DNA of 64,000 nucleotides from Candidatus Poriferihabitaceae bacterium (GCA_965261915.1 CBDHDW010000013.1:1209813-1273812), one strand, 5' to 3'; counted from the stretch's first letter, positions 49,262 to 62,900 are shown. Made by a program: numbers and translations. The notes: generated by a model from the sequence alone, not told the origin.

Positions 49262-52200
49262 ATGCTAATCATATCTGGTGATATTGCGTTATCGCATTTT
49301 CGAACGCAAAAGTGCCAGAATGACCTTGCGACGCGGATACCCCAATGCCATGGCGTTGAAACTCGTTTCGTTTATTTTTTGCAAACTGATTCACAGTTTG
49401 ACTCGAATGAACTCGCGAAAATTTACGGACTGCTAAATACAACGGCTGCACTACAACAGCCCCCGGCAATCAAAAGTTCTGGGTCTATAGTCAAAAAGGT
49501 GGTGGTACCGCGTATTGGCACCATTTCTCCCTGGTCAACCAAGGCGTCGGATATATTTTATCTCTGCGGCTTTGGTGAAATCAAACGTGTAGAACGGGGC
49601 GTGGTTTGGTGGTTTCACGGAGATGGCCTGGACCATAGGATGGGCGATGGGATGGATGAGTCAGCGCTTTCCGGATTGGTTTTTGATCCGATGACGGAGT
49701 CATTGCTGGATACAGAAGCGGATGCCAGGAAATTGTTTGTATCACAGGAGCCTGCGCCGTTGCTAACCGTAGATTTGTTAAATGGCGGGGCGCAGGCGTT
49801 GCATCAGGCCAATATGGAATTCGGCTTCGCACTAAGTGAAGAGGAGCAGGCTTATCTGATTGAACAGTTTTCAAAACTGGGGCGAAATCCTACCGATGTA
49901 GAGTTAATGATGTTTGCTCAGGTAAATTCAGAGCATTGCCGCCACAAGATATTCAACGCGGATTGGGTTATTGACGGTGAATCGAAGGATCAGTCATTGT
50001 TTTCCATGATTCGTCATACTCATCAACACACACCTGATGGAACTTTGTCGGCGTACTCGGATAATGCAGCGGTTTTGGCGGGCAGTGAAGCACAGCGCTG
50101 GGCCAGTGATCCGAACAACGATGGATATGGTTATACGCGAGAACCGGTTCATTTCACCGCCAAAGTGGAAACCCACAACCATCCTACTGCTATTTCTCCT
50201 TACCCAGGTGCATCAACAGGATCAGGAGGAGAGATTCGTGACGAGGGCGCAACCGGCCGTGGGGGTAAACCCAAAGCCGGGCTGGTTGGCTATTCTGTTT
50301 CTCATTTACGCATTCCCGATCTACCGAAACCGTGGGAGCAGGCTGAGAGTAAACCAGATCGAATTGCCGCGCCGTTACAAATAATGACAGAGGGGCCGTT
50401 GGGTGCGGCTGCTTTCAACAATGAGTTTGGAAGGCCGAATATTGCAGGCTACTTCAGGACTTTTGAGCAGCAGGGCGAAAGTGAAAACGAGCGCTTTGGA
50501 TATCATAAACCCATCATGCTGGCAGGCGGGCTCGGTACTATTCGACCGCAGCATGTTGAGAAAAATGCCATCGTACCAGGGACTCCAATCATTGTTCTGG
50601 GCGGTCCAACGATGCTGATTGGATTGGGCGGTGGTGCAGCCTCAAGCGTTGCATCAGGGAGCCGCTCTGAACTACTGGACTTTGCATCCGTACAGCGCGG
50701 CAACCCGGAAATGCAGCGTCGTTGTCAGGAAGTAATCGATACCTGCTGCGCCATGGGAGATGACAGCCCCATTGTGTCGATTCATGATGTAGGGGCAGGC
50801 GGGTTATGTAACGCGTTACCCGAATTGGTGCACGATTCAGATTCTGGCGGTGTATTTGGACTGCGAAATATATTGAATGATGAAGAATCAATGTCGCCCA
50901 TGCAGATTTGGTGCAATGAATCACAGGAGCGTTATGTGTTGGCGGTGGCACCGGAAAGGCTGCAGGAGTTTGAGGCGATTTGCCGACGTGAGCGGTGTTT
51001 GTTCGCTGTGGTTGGCGAGGCGGTGGAGCAGAAAAAGCTGGTTTTGCAGGATTCGGCGTTTTCTGATTTCGATCAGCAGCCCATCGATTTACCAATGGAC
51101 GTATTATTTGGATTACCGCCGAAAATGCTGCGTAAGGTTGAGAGTAGAGGCGATACGCCGTTACCATCCGTGTTTCACCATATCGAGTTAAAAGATGCCT
51201 TTCAGCGTGTTCTGTCTTTCCCGACTGTCGGCGACAAAACATTTTTGGTTACCATTGGTGATCGAAGTGTAACCGGCCTGATCGCACGTGATCAAATGGT
51301 CGGCCCCTGGCAGGTACCCGTTGCCGACGTGGCTGTTACGGCTTGTGGCTACCGCTCTAATTCGGGTGAGGCATTTGCCATAGGTGAGCGAACTCCCATT
51401 GCAACGATCGATTCCCCAGCTAGTGGCCGAATGGCGATTGCTGAAGTCCTTACCAATATGGCCGCTGCGTGTATTGGTAATATTGAAAACATCAAGTTGT
51501 CTGCAAACTGGATGGTTGCAGCCGGAGAACCGGGACACGATGCCGATCTTTATGAAACGGTTCGTTCTGTGGCTTTGGAATTGTGTCCGGCTTTAGGTCT
51601 TGCCATACCCGTTGGTAAAGACTCCATGTCCATGCGCACCCTTTGGCAAGAGGATGAGAATGAGATGCGCAACGTTTCACCACTGTCGCTGGTTGTTACT
51701 GGGTTTTCGAGAGTTCAGGATATTCGTAAGACGCTGACCCCGGAGCTTTCGAATTCAGATGACACGGAACTGTGGTTAGTTGATCTGGGCGGCGGGAAAT
51801 CCCGAATGGCTGCGAGTGTATTATCCCAGGTGTTTTCGCATACGGATGGTGAAGTGCCGGATGTTGATAATTGCGATGAGCTGGCCGGTCTATTTAAGTT
51901 TATTCAGAAGCTTATTGCTGAAGATATTTTACTCGCATACCATGACCGATCTGATGGTGGATTAGCGGCAACGCTGTGTGAAATGGCTTTTGCAAGTCGT
52001 TGCGGTCTGGAGATTCATTTGCCTGACAGTGAGCGATCTCCGTTAGAAATCCTGTTTAATGAAGAAGTAGGTTGCGTCGTTCAAATCCGCCAAGCAAGCA
52101 GTGCTGCACTATTGAACCTGGCCGAAACACAGGGAATTTCTGAGAGAGTACATAACATTGGTGTGCCCTCAGTCACCGGGCAGATATCCATTTTTGCAAA

Positions 52201-53191
52201 AGGCAATTTGCTTTATGAGGAAAACAGGGCGAAATTGCATCAAATTTGGTCTGAGACAACCTGGCAAATCCAGCGTTTGCGCGACAATCCGGTTTGTGCA
52301 GATGAAGAATACGGCAGAATAATCGATCAGCAGGACTCCGGATTGTTTAGCGCGTTAACATTTGAGCACAATGAGCAAATCAGCAGCGAGATTTTCGATT
52401 CGGTCAATATCCATACGTCGCGGCCAAAAATCGCTATTCTTCGAGAGCAGGGCGTTAATGGTCAGCTAGAAATGGCTGCTGCTTTTCACAGTGTTGGATT
52501 TGATGCTATTGATGTAACGACCACGGACTTGATTGATGATTTGGATCTGAAATCCTTTTCCGGACTCGCGGCTTGCGGCGGGTTTTCTTTCGGTGATGTA
52601 TTGGGAGCGGGAGAAGGTTGGGGGAAATCCATTCTATACAATGAAAAATTAAAGGATAAGTTTGAAGCATTTTTCAATCGATCCGATTCTTTTGCGCTGG
52701 GAGTATGTAATGGCTGCCAAATGCTGTCATCTATAAAGCAGATTATCCCGGGAACGGCGTATTGGCCCCGATTTTTGCGCAACACTTCTGAGCAGTATGA
52801 AGCCAGGTTCGTTATGGTTGAAGTATCTTCAGATAAATCGGTTCTGCTGAAAGATATGCAAGGGTCAAAATTTCCGGTTTCCACGGCGCATGGAGAGGGA
52901 CGAGCTGTTTTCGCTGATTCTCGGGCGCAAAACGAACTAGTCAAACAACGGCAAACCTGCTTGCGATACGTGGATAGTCAAGGCGAGCCAACGCAGCGCT
53001 ATCCCATGAATCCAAATGGTTCGGTAAATGGACTAACGGGTTTTACCAATGATGATGGTAGAATAACCATCATGATGCCGCATCCAGAACGGGTATTTAG
53101 AGCGCTGTCAAATTCGTGGAATCCTGGTGACTGGGGGGAATTTAGCCCTTGGATAAAAATATTTAAAAACGCCCGAGAATGGGTGGGTTAA
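49262..53191 (+). CDS. purL: Phosphoribosylformylglycinamidine synthase (large form)
   Basis: 1309 aa; [40 protein letters not shown]. Confidence 0.98.
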   Translation: MLIISGDIALSHFRTQKCQNDLATRIPQCHGVETRFVYFLQTDSQFDSNELAKIYGLLNTTAALQQPPAIKSSGSIVKKVVVPRIGTISPWSTKASDIFYLCGFGEIKRVERGVVWWFHGDGLDHRMGDGMDESALSGLVFDPMTESLLDTEADARKLFVSQEPAPLLTVDLLNGGAQALHQANMEFGFALSEEEQAYLIEQFSKLGRNPTDVELMMFAQVNSEHCRHKIFNADWVIDGESKDQSLFSMIRHTHQHTPDGTLSAYSDNAAVLAGSEAQRWASDPNNDGYGYTREPVHFTAKVETHNHPTAISPYPGASTGSGGEIRDEGATGRGGKPKAGLVGYSVSHLRIPDLPKPWEQAESKPDRIAAPLQIMTEGPLGAAAFNNEFGRPNIAGYFRTFEQQGESENERFGYHKPIMLAGGLGTIRPQHVEKNAIVPGTPIIVLGGPTMLIGLGGGAASSVASGSRSELLDFASVQRGNPEMQRRCQEVIDTCCAMGDDSPIVSIHDVGAGGLCNALPELVHDSDSGGVFGLRNILNDEESMSPMQIWCNESQERYVLAVAPERLQEFEAICRRERCLFAVVGEAVEQKKLVLQDSAFSDFDQQPIDLPMDVLFGLPPKMLRKVESRGDTPLPSVFHHIELKDAFQRVLSFPTVGDKTFLVTIGDRSVTGLIARDQMVGPWQVPVADVAVTACGYRSNSGEAFAIGERTPIATIDSPASGRMAIAEVLTNMAAACIGNIENIKLSANWMVAAGEPGHDADLYETVRSVALELCPALGLAIPVGKDSMSMRTLWQEDENEMRNVSPLSLVVTGFSRVQDIRKTLTPELSNSDDTELWLVDLGGGKSRMAASVLSQVFSHTDGEVPDVDNCDELAGLFKFIQKLIAEDILLAYHDRSDGGLAATLCEMAFASRCGLEIHLPDSERSPLEILFNEEVGCVVQIRQASSAALLNLAETQGISERVHNIGVPSVTGQISIFAKGNLLYEENRAKLHQIWSETTWQIQRLRDNPVCADEEYGRIIDQQDSGLFSALTFEHNEQISSEIFDSVNIHTSRPKIAILREQGVNGQLEMAAAFHSVGFDAIDVTTTDLIDDLDLKSFSGLAACGGFSFGDVLGAGEGWGKSILYNEKLKDKFEAFFNRSDSFALGVCNGCQMLSSIKQIIPGTAYWPRFLRNTSEQYEARFVMVEVSSDKSVLLKDMQGSKFPVSTAHGEGRAVFADSRAQNELVKQRQTCLRYVDSQGEPTQRYPMNPNGSVNGLTGFTNDDGRITIMMPHPERVFRALSNSWNPGDWGEFSPWIKIFKNAREWVG

Positions 53192-53208
53192 TTCACAAAG
53201 TTAAACAA

Positions 53209-53643
53209 ATGGCTAAAAGTAAATTTTCATCATCGAATTATTTAATCAGGCTGCTGGGTGCAATGGTTTTAGTGTTTGCAACGTATAACCCACTACAACC
53301 GTACTCATACTACTACTGGTCGATAAAACCGCTACTCCACGACCTCGATAGTTTTACTATCTTCAAGGGCCTGCTGGGAATTGTATTATTAATTGGGTGG
53401 AGTATATTTTTACGAGCGACGCTGCGCGCCCTAAGCTTGTTTGGAATTATTCTGGCGGTCGGATTTTTCGGGTTGTTGTTATGGTTTATGGTGGATCAAG
53501 GCTGGATCGGGCTGGAAAATCAGAAAGCGCTCACCTGGTTGGTACTTTTCGGAATAAGCGGTGTGTTGTCCATTGGTCTTTCCTGGTCGCATATCCGCCG
53601 AAGAATGACAGGACAACTTGATGTGGATGAAACTGACGGCTGA
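53209..53643 (+). CDS. Conserved four-TM membrane protein (DUF6524-like)
   Basis: LVFATYNP..YSYY.W, RAT.R.L, GLSWSHIRRR.TGQ.DVD. Confidence 0.7.
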   Translation: MAKSKFSSSNYLIRLLGAMVLVFATYNPLQPYSYYYWSIKPLLHDLDSFTIFKGLLGIVLLIGWSIFLRATLRALSLFGIILAVGFFGLLLWFMVDQGWIGLENQKALTWLVLFGISGVLSIGLSWSHIRRRMTGQLDVDETDG

Positions 53644-53658
53644 CAATCGGCAGTGAAA

Positions 53659-54483
53659 CTATTTCAGCACTTTTACGGTTTTTTCTGAAAGAATCTTCCA
53701 GCTTCCATCGCTGTGTGTGAAATCAAGGGATTTAATCACCTCATCTCTGTAGCTGTCTGAATTATAGTTCTGCCTGAACACCACTCTGGTTACTTCATTT
53801 TCGATGCCAGTGAGTTCAATGTCCGATAACGAAAGCTCGATCTTTTTCGGTTTCTGCAATCTTTGTTTTCGTAAATCTGCCCATTGATCCCGCGTTAGTG
53901 AGGCCGGGTATGGTAAAAATTCTGAAGAATAATGATCCAGATATTTCTCAACGTCCTGACTGGACCATGCGCTCGCCCAGCTTCGCATCGCGGATTCTAT
54001 TTCGCTGGCTATTTGATCGATATCATCCGCTTGAATCGGTTCCGTAGTGGATTCGGTTGACTGTTCAGTTGTTTGTTCCTGGGGCTGTTCCGGGGCTTCT
54101 TGTTCAGAGATTTGTTCTGCCGGTTGTACTACCGCAAGTTCTTGGCCGCCATCACCATCACCACCGGTAACGCTGTCTGTTTGCAGGTTGTTGTCACTGG
54201 AATTATCGCCTGATTCATCATTTTCATTTTCATCAACTTTGGCAATCTGTTCTGAGGTGGCGAGGATTTCTTCGAGCTTGCCGGAAATTTCATCTTCCCT
54301 AATGATCAGGTTAGCATTCAGGTTGGTTTCCAGCGTGATCTCGTCAAATTTAAGATTAGTATCCGCCCAGATCTGCGAGCAGAAAAAGAGCGCTAAAGTT
54401 GACAACAAAACAGAAATCCAGTTCGTACTATTTCGAGCAACGAACACGTTGAGCTGGTGAGTAGTGTCGGGTTTTTTGGACAT
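53659..54483 (-). CDS. Periplasmic protein with acidic linker and C-terminal NTF2-like (Cds6_C-like) domain
   Basis: N-terminal hydrophobic segment, D/E/Q-rich linker, WASAWSSQDVEKYLDHYS..F, FRQNYNSDSYRD, WKILSE. Confidence 0.7.
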   Translation of the reverse strand: MSKKPDTTHQLNVFVARNSTNWISVLLSTLALFFCSQIWADTNLKFDEITLETNLNANLIIREDEISGKLEEILATSEQIAKVDENENDESGDNSSDNNLQTDSVTGGDGDGGQELAVVQPAEQISEQEAPEQPQEQTTEQSTESTTEPIQADDIDQIASEIESAMRSWASAWSSQDVEKYLDHYSSEFLPYPASLTRDQWADLRKQRLQKPKKIELSLSDIELTGIENEVTRVVFRQNYNSDSYRDEVIKSLDFTHSDGSWKILSEKTVKVLK

Positions 54484-54635
54484 AAGAGGGCTTGCCACTT
54501 CGCGAACGAACACGCTGCTGCAAGTGGTTAGAACGCCACGTCCCACTACTTTCGAGCTGAAAGTTGGCCACACAATTTTTAAAGCCTCCGACTTTTTAAC
54601 AATAACTGATAGTATTTTTTTATATGCTACTATGG

Positions 54636-56291
54636 TTACATATTAGCATAATTTGGACCACCTGCACCTTCGGGCGTAACCCAATTAATGTTCTTTCCCG
54701 GGTCTTTAATGTCGCATGTCTTACAGTGCACACAGTTTTGGGCGTTTATCTGCAATTCAGGCTGGCTTTCGGTGTTAATAAACTCGTAAACCCCCGCAGG
54801 GCAAAATCGTTGTTCAGGTCCGGCAAATTTATTGAAATTCAAGGCAACTGCCTGAGAAGACTCACTAAGTTTGAGGTGCGTGGGCTGATCTTCTTCATGA
54901 TTCGTACTGGATAAATATACTGAGGATGTTTTATCAAAACTCAGAACACCATCGGGCTTCGGGTAGGCGATGGTCTGACACTGGTCGGCTGGCTTCAGCG
55001 TCGCGCTATCTTCAACTGGATCGGTTAACTTAAAAGGTAATTTTCCGGCGAATATATTCTGATCGATAAAATTGTATGTGCCACCCATCCAGGTTCCGAA
55101 TTTGTGCAGCGCCGCACCAAAATTACGTGATCGATGTAATTCTTCGTATAGCCAGGAGGATTTGAAATGCGATTCGTAGTCTTCCAGTGTCCCTTCTCCG
55201 CAAAGCGAATTCACTACAGCTTCAGCAGCGAGCATGCCGGCTTTCATTGCTGTGTGCGAGCCCTTGATTTTTGAAAAATTCAAAGTGCCTGCGTCACACC
55301 CGATTAACAAACCATTAGGAAGACACATTTTTGGTAATGCGTTCAAACCTCCTTTGGTGATGGCTCTTGCGCCGTAAGCGATTCTTTCTCCTCCTTCCAG
55401 ATATTGTTTGATTTCGGGATGGTGTTTAAACCGCTGTAATTCATCAAACGGACCAAGATAGGGATTGTCATAGGATAAGTCGGTTATCAAGCCCATTGAA
55501 ACCAGATTGTCCTCCAGATGATAAAGAAAGGATCCGCCGCTGGCACCATGCTCCGCCAGGGGCCAACCCGCGCCATGGACAACAAGTCCCGGCTGATGTT
55601 TATCTGGATCAATCTTCCATAATTCCTTAATCCCAATTCCGTAGTGTTGAGTCTGTGAATCACTATCGAGGTTAAACCTGTTGATCAGCGTCTTTCCAAG
55701 ATGACCGCGGCAGCCTTCGGCGAACAGCGTGACTTTTGCGTGCAGCTCCATACCAGGTTCGTAAGAACCTTTAACTTCACCATCGGAACCTCGCCCCATC
55801 TCTCCTGTTGCAACACCTTTTATCGATCCGTCCTCGTGATACAGAACTTCAGAGGCCGGAAATCCCGGGAAAATTTCAACACCGAGTTGTTCAGCTTGCT
55901 CACCCAGCCAACGGCATAGCTTTCCTAAGCTGATAATATAGTTGCCATCGTTGTGCATTGGTTTTGGAACCATCCACAAGGGCATGTTTGTTGCCTTCGT
56001 GTCATTCCGAAACATCAGTACCCGGTCTTTCTGAACAGCGGTATTGAGTGGTGCGCAGCGATCTTGCCAGTCGGGAAACAGTTCGTTCAGGGCGCGTGGC
56101 TCAAACAAAGCGCCGGACAAAATATGTGCACCGACCTCCGAACCCTTTTCAAGAACGACTACCGCAAGTTCCCGTTCTTTTTGCTTAGCCATTTGCATGA
56201 TTCGGCAGGCGGCAGAAAGCCCGGCAGGGCCAGCACCGACTATCACCACATCAACTTCCATGGACTCGCGTTCGGGTATTTGATCAGACAT
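54636..56291 (-). CDS. Electron transfer flavoprotein-ubiquinone oxidoreductase
   Basis: GAGPAGLS, EKGSEVGAHILSGA, CPAGVYE, NCVHCKTCDIKDP. Confidence 0.96.
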   Translation of the reverse strand: MSDQIPERESMEVDVVIVGAGPAGLSAACRIMQMAKQKERELAVVVLEKGSEVGAHILSGALFEPRALNELFPDWQDRCAPLNTAVQKDRVLMFRNDTKATNMPLWMVPKPMHNDGNYIISLGKLCRWLGEQAEQLGVEIFPGFPASEVLYHEDGSIKGVATGEMGRGSDGEVKGSYEPGMELHAKVTLFAEGCRGHLGKTLINRFNLDSDSQTQHYGIGIKELWKIDPDKHQPGLVVHGAGWPLAEHGASGGSFLYHLEDNLVSMGLITDLSYDNPYLGPFDELQRFKHHPEIKQYLEGGERIAYGARAITKGGLNALPKMCLPNGLLIGCDAGTLNFSKIKGSHTAMKAGMLAAEAVVNSLCGEGTLEDYESHFKSSWLYEELHRSRNFGAALHKFGTWMGGTYNFIDQNIFAGKLPFKLTDPVEDSATLKPADQCQTIAYPKPDGVLSFDKTSSVYLSSTNHEEDQPTHLKLSESSQAVALNFNKFAGPEQRFCPAGVYEFINTESQPELQINAQNCVHCKTCDIKDPGKNINWVTPEGAGGPNYANM

Positions 56292-56403
56292 TGGTATAGA
56301 TCTCTTGAGTTCGTTTTGGGTTAAAAAAATAGGCCTGATATTCTGCTACTGATAAGGGTAAAATTCCAGTCCCAATGAAACTAATTATTTGCCTGCAAAA
56401 CCC

Positions 56404-57687
56404 ATGTCCAATAGTGCTCAAGAGTCCAATAGTGTGTCTGTAACAAACCCTGCCGCGACCCCGTCGTCATTCATAGATCGCGAGGTATTTGAGCAAGTTA
56501 TGACACCGAATTATGCTCCAATGCAAATGATGCCTTCCCACGGCAAAGGCTCGTTTCTATGGGATACGGAGGGTAAGGAGTATCTGGATTTTGCCGGCGG
56601 GATTGCGGTATCCGCTTTAGGTCATGCCCATCCCGAATTGATCTCGGTTCTAACGGAGCAGGCAAATAAATTTTGGCACGTTAGCAATGTATTAACCAAT
56701 CAGCCTGCGCTGGCATTGGCACAAAAACTGGTTGAGGCGACCTTTGCTGAAAAGGTGTTTCTGGCTAATTCCGGTGCAGAAGTAAATGAGGCGGCTTTGA
56801 AACTGGCCAGACGTTTTGCTGTGGATAATGGTGACGAGGATAAATACGAAATTCTGGCGTTTGACAATGCCTTTCACGGCCGCACCCTTTTTACGGTTAG
56901 TGTTGGCGGTCAACCCGCCTACAGTTCGGGGTTTGGTCCAAAACCTGAAGGCATATCCCATCGGCCATTCAATGATGTGAAAGCAGTTCAGGCCTATTTT
57001 GACGAATACAAAGACAAGGTGTGTGCAGTAATTTTGGAACCGTGCCAGGGCGAAGGGGGAGTAACTCCCGCGACACAAGAATTTGTCCAGACCATTAGGG
57101 AATGCTGTGATCAAAACAACGCACTGCTGATTTTTGATGAAATTCAGACCGGTGTCGGCAGGTCCGGGGCATTATATAACTATGAAAAGCTTGGCGTTGT
57201 TCCGGACATTTTGACCACCGCAAAGGCGTTAGGTTGTGGATTCCCAATTAGTGCAATGTTGACAACGAACAATATCGGTAAAAGTTTAGTCGTTGGTACG
57301 CATGGAAGCACGTTTGGTGGAAACCCCATGGCTTGCGCTGTGGCGTGTAAAGCACTTGAGTTAATTGCCACTCCCCGTCTTATGGACAATGTCAATGCGA
57401 GAAGTCTACAAATCGTTAACGGACTCCAGTCGTACAATGAGGAGCTGAATGTATTTAAGGAGATTCGCCGGACCGGATTGCTATTGGGAGCGGAACTGAA
57501 GGACAAATATGCCGGGAAAGCCCGGCATATATTAACGAATTGTACAGAACAGGGATTACTGGTTTTAGTGGCTGGTGCTAATGTCGTTCGTCTGGCGCCG
57601 CCTTTGAATATTAGCGAAAAAGAAGTGGATCAGGGGTTAAAGCGGCTAAAGCAGGCGATTATTGAAATGATTAACGCGTCTGGGTAA
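56404..57687 (+). CDS. argD: Acetylornithine/succinylornithine aminotransferase (ArgD/AstC)
   Basis: DFAGGIAV, NSGAE, AFHGRT, FDEIQTG, TAKALG, HGSTFGGNP. Confidence 0.88.
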   Translation: MSNSAQESNSVSVTNPAATPSSFIDREVFEQVMTPNYAPMQMMPSHGKGSFLWDTEGKEYLDFAGGIAVSALGHAHPELISVLTEQANKFWHVSNVLTNQPALALAQKLVEATFAEKVFLANSGAEVNEAALKLARRFAVDNGDEDKYEILAFDNAFHGRTLFTVSVGGQPAYSSGFGPKPEGISHRPFNDVKAVQAYFDEYKDKVCAVILEPCQGEGGVTPATQEFVQTIRECCDQNNALLIFDEIQTGVGRSGALYNYEKLGVVPDILTTAKALGCGFPISAMLTTNNIGKSLVVGTHGSTFGGNPMACAVACKALELIATPRLMDNVNARSLQIVNGLQSYNEELNVFKEIRRTGLLLGAELKDKYAGKARHILTNCTEQGLLVLVAGANVVRLAPPLNISEKEVDQGLKRLKQAIIEMINASG

Positions 57688-57887
57688 TCGCGAATTTGTT
57701 TTATATTTCCCGATCTGGATCCATGATGTACTTCACGTCTCCCTCCACCCCGGTGGGAAACATCCACAGTAAATAAGCGTTTGATCGCCGACGTTTTTTA
57801 TGCCACGGACAAGATCTCCCTCCTGATTTTCCTGACCATCAAGATACTGCCACGGAATATCTTCTACATTATAGTGAAACGGCGGTA

Positions 57888-58661
57888 TCATTTTTCTACG
57901 AATGCGCGCTCTATCACGTATTCCCTGAAATCTGATTTCCTCGTTTCAGTAAAGCCAATGCGATCCAGAATCTCACTCAGACTTTTTAACATTGACGGGC
58001 TGCCGCAAAGCATGAAGCGATCATCTGCCGCTGAAAGCGGCGGCATGCTGGTATCTTCCATCAATTTCCCTGACTCAAGCAGGGTAGTGATTCGGCCATA
58101 GTTCTTATAGGGTTCGCGAGTGACTGCGGGGTAGTAAATCAGCTTGTCCTTGACGCTGTCGCCGAAATATTCATTGTCCTGCAGTTCATAGGTGATCAGC
58201 TGCTGGTAGGTGAGCTCGTTGATAAAACGACATCCATGAACCAGTACAACTTTTTCAAAATTTTCGTAAATATCCGGATCCTTGATGATGGATAAAAATG
58301 GGGCAAGGCCGGTACCTGTGCTTAGCATCCATAAATTTTTACCAGGCAGAAGATGATCCCAGAGCAGGGTGCCGGTGGGTTTTTTGCTCACCAGTAACTC
58401 GTCGCCAACTTTGATGTGCTGCAGACGCGAGGTCAGTGGACCGTCCTGTACTTTTATACTGTAAAACTCCAGATAGTCTTCGTAGTTTGAGCTCGCCATA
58501 CTGTATGCGCGCATCAGCGGTTTGCCGTCTACTTCGATGCCAACCATGGCAAACTCACCGTTTCGGAATCGCAAAGACGAGTCTCTAGTGGTTTTTATTG
58601 TGAATAAGGTATCCGACCAGTGGTGGACATCAATAACGGTTTCTTTGTGTGCCTTAGTCAT
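57888..58661 (-). CDS. fpr: Ferredoxin-NADP+ reductase
   Basis: RAYSMAS, GPLTSRLQ, STGTGLAPF, MLCGSP, IERAFVEK. Confidence 0.95.
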   Translation of the reverse strand: MTKAHKETVIDVHHWSDTLFTIKTTRDSSLRFRNGEFAMVGIEVDGKPLMRAYSMASSNYEDYLEFYSIKVQDGPLTSRLQHIKVGDELLVSKKPTGTLLWDHLLPGKNLWMLSTGTGLAPFLSIIKDPDIYENFEKVVLVHGCRFINELTYQQLITYELQDNEYFGDSVKDKLIYYPAVTREPYKNYGRITTLLESGKLMEDTSMPPLSAADDRFMLCGSPSMLKSLSEILDRIGFTETRKSDFREYVIERAFVEK

Positions 58662-58720
58662 AGTGTCTGGATTAGCGTAAATTTAAATTTTTCAAAAGTG
58701 ATTTAAAGTAAAACAAGGAT

Positions 58721-59629
<909 letters not shown>

Positions 59630-59792
59630 TCAGAAGCGCCGTATTTTACCCTATAGAAATTCTAAAACGACTGACAGATCGGCGGATTTCCCATTGAATT
59701 CGTAGATTTGTTCTGGCCGTTGTGTATGTCGTCCATAAGTAAAACTATGGGTTCCCTTGCTATAAATATTTAAGGGATTGTGATACCATTGC

Positions 59793-59822
59793 AAAAGATA
59801 TAAAGAAATCTTTATATCTTTT
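59793..59822. promoter_or_regulatory. Palindromic operator upstream of metK-ahcY, SahR-type
   Basis: AAAAGATATAAAGA-AA-TCTTTATATCTTTT has perfect 14-bp arms; the core ATAAAGAnnTCTTTAT matches the SahR (ArsR-family) motif as I recall it. Confidence 0.75.
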
Positions 59823-59918
59823 AGCTGCGGCTGAAGTGCTCTTTATAAAGCAGTTTAAATTCGCTGTGAATACAACGAATTTGCACCGTAAATTTCAATT
59901 TAAGAGGATTACTCAGAA

Positions 59919-61085
59919 ATGTCTAAATCGTATCTGTTTACTTCTGAATCGGTATCAGAAGGCCACCCGGATAAAGTCGCCGATCAAATCTCTGATGCGG
60001 TTCTGGATTCATTACTGGAGCAGGATCCTGCTTCACGGGTTGCATGTGAAACCATGATTACAACCGGAATGGTGGCCATTGCCGGCGAGATCACTACCAA
60101 TGCGGTAGTGGATTATCAGCAAGTGGTTCGCAAAACCATTGGCGAAATAGGTTACAACTCTTCAGACGTGGGCTTTGATTCCGAAAGCTGTGCTGTTCTG
60201 GTATCACTGGATAAGCAGTCCGTGGACATCGCTCAGGGCGTTAACGAAGGAGAGGGTATCGACCTTGATCAGGGTGCAGGAGATCAGGGCTTGATGTTCG
60301 GTTATGCCTGTAATGAAACTGAAGTACTGATGCCGTTTCCGATCTATTACTCTCACCGGCTTGTTGCCAAACAGGCAGAAGTCCGTAAATCAGGGCAATT
60401 GGGCTGGTTGCGCCCCGACGCAAAATCTCAGGTGACGGTTAAATACGACGGTAGCAAACCGGTATCTATTGATACTGTCGTGCTGTCAACCCAGCACGAT
60501 CCTGATGTTGAGCACGATCAGCTATCAGAGGCGGTAATTGAAGAAATAATCAAACCCGTATTACCGGCAGAGATGATCACCTCGGATACGCGATTCCTCG
60601 TAAATCCAACCGGCCGATTTGTTATTGGCGGCCCGGTAGGAGATTGCGGGTTAACCGGCCGTAAAATTATTGTTGACACATACGGTGGTTCAGCACACCA
60701 CGGCGGCGGTGCTTTCTCCGGAAAAGATCCCTCAAAAGTGGACCGATCCGCAGCTTACGCAACTCGCTATGTGGCGAAAAATGTTGTTGCGGCGGGCCTC
60801 GCTGACAAGTGTGAAGTGCAAGTTGCCTACGCGATTGGTGTGGCGGAACCGGTATCGGTTATGGTGGAAACTTTCGGAACCGGAAAAATCGCCGCAGACA
60901 AAATCGAAGCATTAGTGCGTGAACATTTTGATTTGCGTCCAAAAGCCATTGTCCAGAGCCTGGATTTACTCAGACCGATTTATAAAAACTCTGCTGCATA
61001 CGGTCATTTTGGCCGAACTGAAGCCGAATTCACATGGGAACATACTGACAAAGCAGATGCATTACGGGCGGCTGCCGGTCTGTAA
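59919..61085 (+). CDS. metK: S-adenosylmethionine synthetase
   Basis: [28 protein letters not shown]. Confidence 0.98.
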   Translation: MSKSYLFTSESVSEGHPDKVADQISDAVLDSLLEQDPASRVACETMITTGMVAIAGEITTNAVVDYQQVVRKTIGEIGYNSSDVGFDSESCAVLVSLDKQSVDIAQGVNEGEGIDLDQGAGDQGLMFGYACNETEVLMPFPIYYSHRLVAKQAEVRKSGQLGWLRPDAKSQVTVKYDGSKPVSIDTVVLSTQHDPDVEHDQLSEAVIEEIIKPVLPAEMITSDTRFLVNPTGRFVIGGPVGDCGLTGRKIIVDTYGGSAHHGGGAFSGKDPSKVDRSAAYATRYVAKNVVAAGLADKCEVQVAYAIGVAEPVSVMVETFGTGKIAADKIEALVREHFDLRPKAIVQSLDLLRPIYKNSAAYGHFGRTEAEFTWEHTDKADALRAAAGL

Positions 61086-61141
61086 TGGATTGATCACGAA
61101 AACGAACGATTGACGAACTCACTTTTTCTCAGGAAATTTAA

Positions 61142-62560
61142 ATGTCTACACAAACCGCAGAAAACCTCGAACCAGACTATCACGTTGCTGATTTAGGTCA
61201 GGCTGACTGGGGACGCAAGGAAATCAGAATTGCCGAAACCGAAATGCCGGGACTGGTTTCTATTCGTAAAAAATATGCCGACGAGCAGCCGCTTAAGGGA
61301 ACCCGAATTGCCGGGTCATTGCATATGACAATTCAAACAGCCGTGCTGATCGAGTCTTTGGTATCACTTGGTGCCGAAGTTCGCTGGGCGTCTTGTAATA
61401 TCTTTTCTACACAGGATCACGCCGCTGCCGCAATCGCGGATCAGGGAATTCCCGTATTCGCTTTTAAAGGCGAATCGCTGGATGAGTACTGGGCATTTAC
61501 CCATAAGATCATGGATTGGCCTGATGGTGCGGGCCCGAACATGATTTTGGACGACGGCGGTGATGCAACACTGCTTTTAATCCTGGGATCCAAAGCCGAG
61601 AAAGATATCAGTGTTTTAGATAACCCCTGCAGTGAAGAAGAAGTTGCTTTGTTCGCAGCAATTAAAACCAGGGTAGCAGAAGACGGTACCTGGTACAGTC
61701 GTCGTCTTGCCGACGTTAAAGGTGTCACCGAAGAAACAACTACGGGTGTTCACCGGTTGTATCAAATGGCTGCAGCGGGAGAGCTTCCCTTCCCGGCGAT
61801 TAATGTGAATGATTCCGTTACCAAGTCCAAATTTGATAATCTTTATGGTTGTCGTGAATCGCTGGTTGACGGTATCAAGCGCGCCACCGACGTTATGATC
61901 GCGGGCAAGATTTCAGTCGTGTTGGGCTACGGTGATGTCGGCAAGGGCTGTGCACAATCATTGCGCGGATTAGGGGCTACTGTATGGGTAACTGAAATTG
62001 ACCCAATTTGTGCTTTACAGGCCGCGATGGAAGGCTACCGTGTGGTGACTATGGGCGAAGCGTGCTCACAAGGCGATATATTTGTTACCACCACAGGAAA
62101 TTTCCACGTCATTACCCACGATCACATGGTGCAAATGAAAAATGAATCGATCGTTTGCAACATTGGTCACTTTGACAACGAGATCGATATCGCGTCAATG
62201 AAAGACTACCAATGGGAAAACATCAAACCTCAGGTTGATCAAATCATTCTTCCCAATGGTAATCGGGTAACCTTGCTTGCGGAAGGCCGACTGGTTAATT
62301 TGGGCTGTGCGACAGGTCATCCCAGCTTTGTCATGTCAAACAGCTTTACCAATCAGGTGCTTGCACAAATAGAATTGTGGACAGATGGTGAAAAATACGA
62401 CAACAACGTATTTGTATTGCCAAAGCATCTGGATGAAGAAGTGGCACGATTACATCTCGACAAAATTGGGGTGAACCTGACGACGCTTTCTCAGGAACAA
62501 GCCGACTATATTAATGTTCCCGTTGAGGGGCCCTATAAGGCAGAGCGCTATCGCTATTAG
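61142..62560 (+). CDS. ahcY: Adenosylhomocysteinase
   Basis: [47 protein letters not shown]. Confidence 0.98.
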   Translation: MSTQTAENLEPDYHVADLGQADWGRKEIRIAETEMPGLVSIRKKYADEQPLKGTRIAGSLHMTIQTAVLIESLVSLGAEVRWASCNIFSTQDHAAAAIADQGIPVFAFKGESLDEYWAFTHKIMDWPDGAGPNMILDDGGDATLLLILGSKAEKDISVLDNPCSEEEVALFAAIKTRVAEDGTWYSRRLADVKGVTEETTTGVHRLYQMAAAGELPFPAINVNDSVTKSKFDNLYGCRESLVDGIKRATDVMIAGKISVVLGYGDVGKGCAQSLRGLGATVWVTEIDPICALQAAMEGYRVVTMGEACSQGDIFVTTTGNFHVITHDHMVQMKNESIVCNIGHFDNEIDIASMKDYQWENIKPQVDQIILPNGNRVTLLAEGRLVNLGCATGHPSFVMSNSFTNQVLAQIELWTDGEKYDNNVFVLPKHLDEEVARLHLDKIGVNLTTLSQEQADYINVPVEGPYKAERYRY

Positions 62561-62670
62561 GATAAGGCATTTATATGTCGATATATTGGGGAAGGGAACG
62601 AAGCTGGAAGTGGTTAGGGTTCAGCCCGGAACTCTGGTTGGCTTGAAAACTTGTAATTCGTATTAGTGGT

Positions 62671-62853
62671 TTATCGAACGCTGGAAATCAGCAACAAAAT
62701 AAAAACAACCACGATGCCAATGGGTATTAATAAACCGGCCCAATCCTTTGGTGCATCCTTACTATTTTCGATCATCTGCCGAGTACCCGGCAGCATCCAG
62801 AACAACACGCCAAGCGCGAGTATACCGAGGAATAACATTTCCCAGATGCCCAT
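62671..62853 (-). CDS. Small two-TM membrane protein
   Basis: 60 aa, two hydrophobic helices around PG...DW..LLIP. Confidence 0.6.
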   Translation of the reverse strand: MGIWEMLFLGILALGVLFWMLPGTRQMIENSKDAPKDWAGLLIPIGIVVVFILLLISSVR

Positions 62854-62900
62854 ACGAAATATCTATATCCAGTAATTAACTGAAGTTACCGCGTTCATAA

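Noticed and set aside
59640-59918. SAM or SAH riboswitch upstream of metK
   Set aside because: I could not recognise the conserved motifs, and the perfect DNA palindrome is better explained as an operator.
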